This document shows, piece after piece, positions 56,621 through 64,000 of a stretch of DNA of 64,000 nucleotides. Every line of letters starts with the position of its first letter. Within the stretch, counting starts at the first letter, position 1. The notes below the pieces were generated by a model, which did not search any database, had not been told where the DNA came from, and worked only from the letters and a program-made list of their open reading frames with translations. The DNA is taken from positions 39,417 to 103,416 of the forward strand of contig CAJLXA010000001.1 in assembly GCA_905210485.1 (NCBI GenBank), read 5' to 3'. Position numbers and translations under genes: made by a program. This DNA is from an uncultured Eubacteriales bacterium (lineage in GTDB: Bacteria > Bacillota > Clostridia > Oscillospirales > CAG-272).

Positions 56621-58233
56621 CCGATACCCCCTCCGACGGTAAGCGTCAGCGCGTCGGAAACGCGTACCGCTACGTCTTCGCCCGCCGATACCGACTGCGA
56701 AAGAACGCGGCCGCGCTCTCCGGCAACCACCGTTACACGATAATAGATTCCGTTTTCATTCAGCCATTGTACAGCCTCGGCTTCGGTTTTCCCGATGAGG
56801 TCCGTCATCGGGAGTGTGCGGCGCGGTCCCGTCGATACGGTAAGCGTGACAAGACTGCCGGCGACCGGCGTTCCGTCCGGCGACACGATCTGCATAACGG
56901 TTCCTTCCGCCGCACTGTCGCTTGACACATAGACGACGGAAACGATAAGACCCGCGCTTTCGAGAGCCGCGCGCGCCTCCGTTTCGGTGGAAGGAAGATC
57001 GGCAAGCGATACGGGCATACGACCGAGGCTGACCGTCAGCGTTACGCGTATCGTATCCGCATAACTTCCGCCCGGAGCCGGCGTCTGCGCCGCCACGCAC
57101 CCTGCCGGAACACTGTCGCTGTATGTATATTCCACGTTTTCTATCGCGATATGTGAACCATAGTTTACATTTTCGTCGTAATATTCCCCGATAAGCGACG
57201 GCATGAGTTGCGGTTCGCGGGACTTCTCATAGCGGGATATCAGAATGATTGTGAGTATCAGCAGAACGGCTGCCACGCCGGAAACAACGCCGATTGCGGC
57301 GGGGAGAACGGAAGAATTGCGCGCCGCGGTGCGGCGGATACCCGTCTGCGTGGAAGGATGAAGACTGAAATCCCCGAACACATACGACGGTTTCTTTGCC
57401 AGTTTTTCCACGGCGCGGAGCATCTCGTCCGCGTTGCGGAAACGGCGGTCGGGATTCTTCTGCATGGCCGTCAGTATAATCTGTTCAAGACCGACGGGAA
57501 TCGTCGGATCGAGAGCGCGCGGCGGCGCCGGCGTATCGGTAACCTGCCGCATAGCGATCTCGGAGGGCGTACTGCCGGTGAAAGGCAGAACGCCCGTTGC
57601 CATTTCGTAAAGCAAAATACCGAAAGAATAGATGTCGCTCCGGGCGTCGACGGGATTTCCCGCGGCCTGTTCCGGGCTTATGTAATGGGCGGTGCCGACG
57701 GCGTGCCGGTCTCCGTCAAACGCGTCGCCGCCCGGCAGTTTGGCGATGCCGAAATCCATCACTTTCAGTTTTCCGGTCTTTGTCAGAATGATGTTCTGCG
57801 GCTTCACGTCACGATGAACGATCTGCTTCTTATGCGCGGCCGACAGCGCCTGCAGAACCTGCCGCGCACAACTGATGATCTCCCCGGTGGGTATTTTCAT
57901 CATGCGCGCGTGGCGGTTGTCCATATATTCGCGTAAAGTCGTCCCGTCGATATACTCCATTACAAGATAGCGGTCGTTTCCTTCCGCCCCCGCGCGGTAA
58001 AGCCGGACGATATTTTCGTGCGACAGGGCGGAAACCGCTTCCGCTTCCGTCAGGAAACTGAGGTGATTCTGTTCGCCGTCATCTCCGCCGTCAAACAGTT
58101 TCACGCTTACCTGTATGCCGGTCTCGGTATCATAAGCGCGGAACACCGCCCCGGAAGCGCCGCTGCCGAGCAGATCAAGAAGTTTATATCGGCCGTCCAG
58201 AAGCCGTCCGATGTCCAACCGAAAGTCCCTCAT
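56617..58233 (-). CDS. prkC: Ser/Thr protein kinase with PASTA repeats
   Basis: GSGASGAVFRA, HRDVKPQNIIL, DFGIAK, one TM, then three PASTA-like repeats. Confidence 0.92.
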   Translation of the reverse strand: MRDFRLDIGRLLDGRYKLLDLLGSGASGAVFRAYDTETGIQVSVKLFDGGDDGEQNHLSFLTEAEAVSALSHENIVRLYRAGAEGNDRYLVMEYIDGTTLREYMDNRHARMMKIPTGEIISCARQVLQALSAAHKKQIVHRDVKPQNIILTKTGKLKVMDFGIAKLPGGDAFDGDRHAVGTAHYISPEQAAGNPVDARSDIYSFGILLYEMATGVLPFTGSTPSEIAMRQVTDTPAPPRALDPTIPVGLEQIILTAMQKNPDRRFRNADEMLRAVEKLAKKPSYVFGDFSLHPSTQTGIRRTAARNSSVLPAAIGVVSGVAAVLLILTIILISRYEKSREPQLMPSLIGEYYDENVNYGSHIAIENVEYTYSDSVPAGCVAAQTPAPGGSYADTIRVTLTVSLGRMPVSLADLPSTETEARAALESAGLIVSVVYVSSDSAAEGTVMQIVSPDGTPVAGSLVTLTVSTGPRRTLPMTDLIGKTEAEAVQWLNENGIYYRVTVVAGERGRVLSQSVSAGEDVAVRVSDALTLTVGGGIG

Positions 58234-58331
58234 TCGTTGTTCCTTTCCCGTATATCCGTATAAATTCTTATCCGATTATCCGATTTTTCCATAGTCGTCG
58301 TAAAAGTATGCCCATATGCCGTACCCGCCGT

Positions 58332-59036
58332 TTACGGTACGTCATGAAACAAAACGACCGCCGTCATATTATCGTTTCCCGCGCATGACGCGGCGTCTCC
58401 GACCAGCATCTCCGCGGCCTCCGACGGCGCATACGCACGGCGTAAGCAGGACGAAAGCGCCGCTGTGTCCAGCGCATTATGCAGACCGTCTGTGGTAAGG
58501 AGAAAACGGTCGCCCCGGCGGAGCGAGACCGTCGTCACGTCCGGCACGGCCTCCGCAAGAACGCCGACAGCCCGCGTCAGAACCGTGCTTCTGTTTTCCC
58601 CGGCGGCCGTATGATCCGCCGTCAGAAGGCGGAGTTTTTCTCCCCGCAAAAGCCAGACGCGGCTGTCGCCCACATGCAGAATATACGCATATTTTCCGTA
58701 GAGGAACAGGGCGGCAAGCGTTGTCCCCATTCCCGAAAGCGCGACGTCTGTTTCCGCCTCGTCGTAAACGGCGCGGTTTGCCGCATTCAAAGCCTCGGTC
58801 AATGCGGCCTTGACGGTTTCCGTTGCCGTTTTCTTCGGAAAAAAGCGCGTTCTTTCTTTTAACGTATAAGAAAAAATATCCGCCGCAAGCGTCGCGGCGC
58901 GCAGTCCGCCGGCGCGGCCGCCCATGCCGTCGCATATAAGGCAAAGCACGCCGTCATTTACGGCGCAGATGCGGGAAACGTCCTGATTTTCTTTGCGGAT
59001 ATGACCGCATGCTGTTGCGCTTGCTGTCAGATTCAA
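58332..59036 (-). CDS. stp: PP2C-family Ser/Thr phosphatase
   Basis: GHIRKENQD, ICDGMGG, LLTTDGL. TTG start 10 nt after AAGGGG. Confidence 0.88.
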   Translation of the reverse strand: MNLTASATACGHIRKENQDVSRICAVNDGVLCLICDGMGGRAGGLRAATLAADIFSYTLKERTRFFPKKTATETVKAALTEALNAANRAVYDEAETDVALSGMGTTLAALFLYGKYAYILHVGDSRVWLLRGEKLRLLTADHTAAGENRSTVLTRAVGVLAEAVPDVTTVSLRRGDRFLLTTDGLHNALDTAALSSCLRRAYAPSEAAEMLVGDAASCAGNDNMTAVVLFHDVP

Positions 59037-59054
59037 TACTTATTACCCCTTGAT

Positions 59055-59077
59055 TTGTAAATATATGATTACATTTT
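59055..59077 (+). repeat. intergenic motif copy D
   Basis: TTGTAAATATATGATTACATTTT, 19 nt upstream of the stp start. It is immediately followed by the 15-nt perfect palindrome GGCAGATAATCTGCC (59078-59092). Confidence 0.6.
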
Positions 59078-59101
59078 GGCAGATAATCTGCCGTATATGA
59101 A

Positions 59102-60268
59102 TTACACCGTCGCATCGTTGCCCGACGGTACCGTGCCATCGGGAACGCTTTCTGTCGCGTCTTTCTGTTTCTCGGAAAGGCGGCGTAACTGTCCGCAGGC
59201 GGCATTCACGTCGGCGCCGAGACGGCGGCGAACCGTGGCCGTAATCCCCAATTTTCCGAGCGTGGCCGCAAAACGATCGGCCTCCCCCTTGGTTCCGCGC
59301 ACAAACGCGCGTTCCTTGACTTCATTCACGCGGATAAGGTTTACATGGATCGGCGCGTCGGTGCCGCGAAAAGCGTTTTTCAGCAAGGCGGCCAAAGTAC
59401 GCGCGTCGGCGTCGCGGTCGTTCTTTCCGGAAAGCAACGTATATTCAAAGGAGATGCGGCGCCCGGTTCTTGTATAATAATAACGGCAGGCGTCAAGCAG
59501 CGAAGAAAGCGGATACCGACGGTTAACGGGCATAATGGACGAACGCTGTTCGTCGGTCGGCGCATGGAGCGAAATCGAAAGCGTGATCGGCAGTTCCTCT
59601 TCGGCAAGCCGCCGTATCCCCGGCACAACGCCGCAGGTGGAAAGCGATATATGACGGTATCCGATGCACAGGCCGTCCTTATGGTTGACAAGGCGAAGAA
59701 AGCGGATGACATTATCGTAATTGTCGAGCGGTTCGCCGATCCCCATCATCACAATGTTGTCAATGCGAAGCCCGCTGTCCCGCGTCGCGGCAACGACCTG
59801 ACCGAGAAGTTCGGACGCACGGAGATCGCGGACTTTACCGCCGATCGTGGAGGCGCAGAACGCGCACCCCATACGGCAACCGACCTGACTGGAGATACAC
59901 AGCGTATTTCCGTGGTGATAACGCATCAGAACACTTTCGACACATTCTCCGTCATAAAGACGGAACAGATACTTCACCGTCCCGTCGATGGCGCTTGTCA
60001 GTTTTCTCTCCACAGTCGGACAGAGAAAAAGCGCATTTGTTTTCAGTTTTTCCCGAAGCGTACGCGGCAGATTCAGCATTTCATCGGGAGACGCGCCCCG
60101 CGTAAGCCAGTAAAATATCTGTGCGGCGCGATATTTCGGTTCTCCGAACGTCCGTAACCAAGCCTCCAGTTCTTCCGGCATAAGAGACATAATATCGGTT
60201 TTTTCGTTCCCGGAAGACGGCTCCGTTATGGTACAGGCTTCTTTTTCGGATAACGGTGTGTCGGTCAT
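59102..60268 (-). CDS. rlmN: 23S rRNA (adenine2503-C2)-methyltransferase
   Basis: Radical SAM CRMGCAFCAST, GEPKYRAAQIFYW, MGIGEPLDN. The true start could be the internal MSLMPEEL. Confidence 0.92.
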   Translation of the reverse strand: MTDTPLSEKEACTITEPSSGNEKTDIMSLMPEELEAWLRTFGEPKYRAAQIFYWLTRGASPDEMLNLPRTLREKLKTNALFLCPTVERKLTSAIDGTVKYLFRLYDGECVESVLMRYHHGNTLCISSQVGCRMGCAFCASTIGGKVRDLRASELLGQVVAATRDSGLRIDNIVMMGIGEPLDNYDNVIRFLRLVNHKDGLCIGYRHISLSTCGVVPGIRRLAEEELPITLSISLHAPTDEQRSSIMPVNRRYPLSSLLDACRYYYTRTGRRISFEYTLLSGKNDRDADARTLAALLKNAFRGTDAPIHVNLIRVNEVKERAFVRGTKGEADRFAATLGKLGITATVRRRLGADVNAACGQLRRLSEKQKDATESVPDGTVPSGNDATV

Positions 60269-60270
60269 AT

Positions 60271-61578
60271 TCAGTCCTTTCTCCGCATACGGGCAATGAA
60301 AAAGCCGTCCGTGCGGTGGATATGCGGAAACAGCGTCACCATCCCCGTTTCGGCGGTAAGTGCGCCGACCGAGAACGGTTCGGGGATAAAATCCCGGTGA
60401 TCGTCAAGGAACGCGCGGACGCGCTCCTCATTTTCTTCGGGTAAAAGCGTACATGTGGAATAAAGGAGAACGCCGCCCGGCCGCACATATGCGGCCGCCC
60501 GGTCAAGTATAGCCGCCTGAAGCGGCGGAAGAATGGAAAAACGCGCGGGGTCCGCATAACGGAGATCCGGCTTTTTTCCCAATACGCCGAGTCCCGAACA
60601 GGGAACGTCGGCAATCACACAGTCATAGATGCCGTCGGCGCCGGCAAGCGGTTCTGTCGCGTCATGTTCCATGGTATGTATCGCCGTAAGGCCGAGCCTG
60701 TCCGCACCGGTTTTCACCAGCGGAAGTTTGGACGCGTGGAGATCGCAGGCAAGAATTTCGCCCGTATCGCGCATATACATCGCGGCGGAAAAACTCTTTC
60801 CGCCGGGGCAGGCGCAAAGATCAAGGACTTTCGCGCCCTCTTCGGGCGCCAGCGCGGCGCCCGCGATTTGCGACGCCTCGTCCTGCACAAAAAACACCCC
60901 GTCGGCAAAACCGGGAAGTCCCGTCGGATCGCAGGACTCCGCAAGGCGTACGCCGAACGGCGCATATGTCACTTCTTCGGCGGCAATGCCGTTTTCCGCA
61001 AGAAGACGAAGATACGCGGCGCGCGTTGTCTTCATCGTATTTATGCGTAGTGTGATGCGCGGAGCCTCATTATAGCAACGCAGAATGTCCTCGGTCGCCT
61101 TTTCGCCGAAAAGAGCGATGAACCGTTTCACCGTCGCAAGCGGAAAAGACATGGCGACGGAAAGATAGCGCGCGGGATTTTTCTCCCGCGGAGGGAGCGG
61201 CGGACGGCCGTCGCGCACCGCATGGCGAAGAACACCGTTAAGGAGCGAAGCCTCCCCTTTATGCGCCGCAAGCGCCACCGTTTCATGGACGGCGGCGAAC
61301 GCCGGGACACGGTCAAGATAAAAAACCTGATATAGTCCCATCCGGAGCAAAGCGCGCGTATGCGCGGTAAGTTTATCGGCCGGATTCTCCGTGTAACACG
61401 CAATGGCGTAATCGAGCGTCAGTTTATGTTCAACAGTTCCGTAAAGAAGCGTTGTGAGAAACGCGCGGTCGCGCGCGTCGCCTTCTCCCGCCGACTTTTC
61501 GGACAGGAGAAGATTCGGATAGGCGCCGTCTTCTTCATAACGCAGAAGAAGGCGGAGCGCGGTCATACGGGGATTCAT
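60271..61578 (-). CDS. rsmB: 16S rRNA (cytosine967-C5)-methyltransferase
   Basis: NusB-like N-domain. DLCACPGGKS, DVPCSGLG, YSTCTL. Confidence 0.92.
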   Translation of the reverse strand: MNPRMTALRLLLRYEEDGAYPNLLLSEKSAGEGDARDRAFLTTLLYGTVEHKLTLDYAIACYTENPADKLTAHTRALLRMGLYQVFYLDRVPAFAAVHETVALAAHKGEASLLNGVLRHAVRDGRPPLPPREKNPARYLSVAMSFPLATVKRFIALFGEKATEDILRCYNEAPRITLRINTMKTTRAAYLRLLAENGIAAEEVTYAPFGVRLAESCDPTGLPGFADGVFFVQDEASQIAGAALAPEEGAKVLDLCACPGGKSFSAAMYMRDTGEILACDLHASKLPLVKTGADRLGLTAIHTMEHDATEPLAGADGIYDCVIADVPCSGLGVLGKKPDLRYADPARFSILPPLQAAILDRAAAYVRPGGVLLYSTCTLLPEENEERVRAFLDDHRDFIPEPFSVGALTAETGMVTLFPHIHRTDGFFIARMRRKD

Positions 61579-62288
61579 CTGTTACGGCGACGCGCCAGGG
61601 CAATATAACGGAGCAGGTAGACAAGCGAAACGGCAAGCGCCGCCACGTAAGTCATGGCCGCCGCAGTGAGCACACGGCGTGCCGACCGATGTTCGTCATC
61701 GGAAAAACTGCCGGATTCTTCAATGGCGACAAGCGCGCGGCGGCTGGCGTTGAATTCGCAGGGAAGCGTTATCAGCTGAAAAAGCACCGAGAACGAATAT
61801 GCGAAAATACCGAGCCAGATAAAGCCGGCAATTTCAAAAAAGAATCCGATGAAAAGCAAGGGAACCGCAAGGCGCGACGCAATGTTCGTCGCGGGAATCA
61901 CGGCGCTGCGCACACGGATCGGGAAGTATCCCGTCGCATACTGAACGGCGTGTCCCGCTTCGTGCGCGGCAACGCCGGCCGCCGCAACAGACGCGGAATC
62001 ATAAACATTCTCGGAAAGGCGGATCGTATTGGTGCGGGGGTCAAAATGGTCGGTAAGGTTTCCCGAAACGCGTTCGATACGCACGTCGTTCACACCGTTT
62101 GACGCCAGTACCAGACGCGCGACATCCGCGCCCGTTTTGCCGTTCTGGCTCATGACATTGCTGTAGCGACGGAAAGTCGTCTGCACGCGGATCTGCGCGA
62201 TCACCGTAAAAATAACGGCAAGAATCAGAATCGCGTAACCGAAATAATAGAACACATCAAAGAATCTGTCAACACTGATAAAAAGCAT
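61575..62288 (-). CDS. zinc metallopeptidase (YugP-like)
   Basis: HEAGHAVQ zinc motif, with N- and C-terminal TM segments. Confidence 0.8.
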   Translation of the reverse strand: MLFISVDRFFDVFYYFGYAILILAVIFTVIAQIRVQTTFRRYSNVMSQNGKTGADVARLVLASNGVNDVRIERVSGNLTDHFDPRTNTIRLSENVYDSASVAAAGVAAHEAGHAVQYATGYFPIRVRSAVIPATNIASRLAVPLLFIGFFFEIAGFIWLGIFAYSFSVLFQLITLPCEFNASRRALVAIEESGSFSDDEHRSARRVLTAAAMTYVAALAVSLVYLLRYIALARRRNR

Positions 62289-62294
62289 AAAATG

Positions 62295-63230
62295 TCAACC
62301 TAACCTTTCATTTAAATTGATTTTTCTTCCGCGCACAAGATCGCCGGCCGTCATGCGACCTTTGCCCTCCGGCACGGCCGTCAGTACGGAAAGCGCCCCC
62401 TCGCCGCAGGCAATAACGATTTCCCCGTCTCCCTTATCCGACACGCGGATAACCGTGCCCGGAACGCCCGATCCCGCAGTCGGTACGGCGCGCACGATTT
62501 TCAGAAGTTTGCCGTCCGCCGTATGCGTCACGGAAAGCGGGAACGGATATAGGCCGCGGATCTGTGCGTCAAGCGCGGTTGCCGGGCGCGTGAAGTCAAG
62601 AACGCAGTCTTCCTTTTCTATTTTATCGGCATAACTCGCGCCGGCCTCCGGTTGTTTTTTCGGAACGGCGGTGCCATGAAACAGCGCGTCGATCGTTTTT
62701 GAAAGAAGCGCGCCGCCGATCGCGGCGCTTTTGTCATGAACCGTTTCAAACGTATCCCTGTCCGTAAGCGGAAACGCCTCCTGATACAGAATGTCTCCCG
62801 TATCCAGCCCCTCGTCCATCAGCATAGTGGTGACTCCCGTTTCCTTTTCCCCGTTCATAACCGCGCGCTGCATCGGCGCGGCGCCGCGATACGCGGGAAG
62901 CAGGGAAACATGCAGATTGACGCAACCGTACCGCGGATAAGCCAGCACCGACGACGGCAATATCTTTCCGTATGCCACAACCGCGATAAGATCGGGATCT
63001 ATCTCACGAAGGCAGGCCGAAAAAGCCTCGTCACGCAGGGTTTTCGGCTGATATACGGGAATACCGTTTTCGGTTGCATAAACCTTGACGGGAGACGGCG
63101 TAAGGATGCCTCCGCGCCCCTTCGGTTTGTCTTCGCGCGTCACAACGGCAACAATGTTTTTGCCGTCGTTCCGGAGCGCCGCAAGACAGGTCGCGGCGAT
63201 TTCGGGAGTACCCATGAACAGAATACGCAT
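62295..63230 (-). CDS. fmt: methionyl-tRNA formyltransferase
   Basis: MRILFMGTPEIA and NLHVSLLPAYRGAAPMQ. Confidence 0.95.
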   Translation of the reverse strand: MRILFMGTPEIAATCLAALRNDGKNIVAVVTREDKPKGRGGILTPSPVKVYATENGIPVYQPKTLRDEAFSACLREIDPDLIAVVAYGKILPSSVLAYPRYGCVNLHVSLLPAYRGAAPMQRAVMNGEKETGVTTMLMDEGLDTGDILYQEAFPLTDRDTFETVHDKSAAIGGALLSKTIDALFHGTAVPKKQPEAGASYADKIEKEDCVLDFTRPATALDAQIRGLYPFPLSVTHTADGKLLKIVRAVPTAGSGVPGTVIRVSDKGDGEIVIACGEGALSVLTAVPEGKGRMTAGDLVRGRKINLNERLG

Positions 63231-63231
63231 G

Positions 63232-63702
63232 TCAGTTCTCCGTATCTTCCTGTTTTACTTCCCGGATCATCACATCGGTAAAAAGTTTTCCGTCAAGATG
63301 ATCGGTCTCGTGACAGATGGCGCGCGCCAGAAGTCCGCTTCCGCGCAATTCGTATTTTTCGCCGTTTTCGTCGGTAGCGCGGACAGTCACCGTTTCGGGG
63401 CGCTCGGTAATCCCCCATTTTCCGGGCAATGAAAGGCATCCCTCCACTTCTTCCTGCTTTCCCTCCCGTTTCACGATACGGGGATTCACCATAGTGAAGA
63501 CCTGCCCGTCCTCGACCTCTATCACGACGATGCGCCGCAGAACGCCGACCTGCACCGCGGCGAGGCCGCAACCGTTTGCATTGCGCATCGTTTCGATCAT
63601 ATCGCGGATCAGCGTGCGGATGCGCGGCGTGATCTCGTCAACGGGGCGGCTGGTCTTGCGCAGAATAGGGTCGCCCTCTCTTCGGATATTCAGAATAGCC
63701 AT
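63232..63702 (-). CDS. def: peptide deformylase
   Basis: GLAAVQVG, EGCLSLPG, HETDHLDG. AAGGAGAAAAAAG before ATG 63702. Confidence 0.95.
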   Translation of the reverse strand: MAILNIRREGDPILRKTSRPVDEITPRIRTLIRDMIETMRNANGCGLAAVQVGVLRRIVVIEVEDGQVFTMVNPRIVKREGKQEEVEGCLSLPGKWGITERPETVTVRATDENGEKYELRGSGLLARAICHETDHLDGKLFTDVMIREVKQEDTEN

Positions 63703-63775
63703 CTTTTTTCTCCTTATACATTTTATACACACGGAACGCTTTTATGCGGCGCGTCCTCGGCGCCGCCGCTCCCGA

Positions 63776-64000
63776 TTATACATAGGACGGATTGCAATCG
63801 ACAGACAAGAGCGGCCCTTTGCCGTCTTTTCCGTAAACCTGCAGAAGTTCGGACAGAAATGCCCTCGTGACCTTTGTCAGGCGGCACTTCAGGATCATTC
63901 GCATACGGAATTTACCGCCGACTTTATACGTCTGCGCCTGAAAGGGGCCGAATGCCTGAAGCGGCATATCGGCATATCGGGCGGCTGTTTCTTTCACCTT
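63776..64000 (-). CDS. priA: primosomal protein N' (C-terminal fragment; 5' end beyond window)
   Basis: C-terminal tail KVGGKFRMRMILKCRL...LLSVDCNPSYV, and the conserved priA-def-fmt gene order. Confidence 0.75.
   Translation of the reverse strand, partial: KVKETAARYADMPLQAFGPFQAQTYKVGGKFRMRMILKCRLTKVTRAFLSELLQVYGKDGKGPLLSVDCNPSYV

Noticed and set aside
3601-59077. Identifying the TTGTAAAT-N5-TTTRCA motif as a Rex, TnrA/GlnR, CcpA or Fur box, or as ordinary promoters
   Set aside because: The arm spacing does not match: 7+6+7 here, against 7+4+7 for Rex and TGTNA-N7-TNACA for TnrA/GlnR. In most copies no -10 element lies at the right distance. Copy C lies between convergent genes.
1-64000. 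CRISPR arrays, rRNA genes, IS elements/transposases, reverse transcriptases (retron/DGR/group II intron)
   Set aside because: Reading both strands, I saw no regularly spaced direct repeats, no rRNA-like conserved blocks, no terminal inverted repeats flanking a transposase-like ORF, and no RT motifs.

Overview
The window reads as a chromosomal segment of a sporulating Clostridia-class Firmicute. Support: sigG, a priA-def-fmt-rsmB-rlmN-stp-prkC-rsgA block, a CIRCE operator, GC-rich coding sequence and AT-rich spacers. I call about 59 protein genes and 2 tRNAs (Pro-CGG, Gln-CTG). I saw no rRNA, CRISPR array, transposase, integrase or phage structural gene.

Most genes are housekeeping: rnc, sigG, dusB, glyQS, mtaB, guaB-like, nadE, pth, mfd, htpG, rplJ-rplL and the prkC operon. 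Many long ORFs in the supplied track are antisense shadows of these genes and were rejected. Several track starts were trimmed to internal ATGs that have a ribosome-binding site (RBS).

Candidates for something undescribed, in order of interest:
1. 17.9-24.3 kb: an OmpR/histidine-kinase pair next to a four-gene operon (small membrane protein, stand-alone VTC triphosphate-tunnel domain, DUF4956 membrane protein, Cthe_2159-type beta-helix lipoprotein). Both promoters carry the same box, TTTTCTTTAG-N5-CTTTAGG-N9-TATAAT.
2. 13.3-15.1 kb: an XRE/S24 repressor divergent from two overlapping small genes, separated by operator palindromes (one a perfect 29-mer), with no prophage attached.
3. 15.18-15.39 kb: a 5' leader with a strong attenuator terminator upstream of a Na+-pump decarboxylase beta subunit. 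Its core resembles the yybP-ykoY riboswitch.
4. A recurring intergenic motif, TTGTAAAT-N5-TTTRCATTTT, in six copies.
5. 40.0-40.6 kb: a ThyX-fold protein lacking the RHR catalytic motif.

All functional calls rest on motif recognition by eye. No searches or computations were run.
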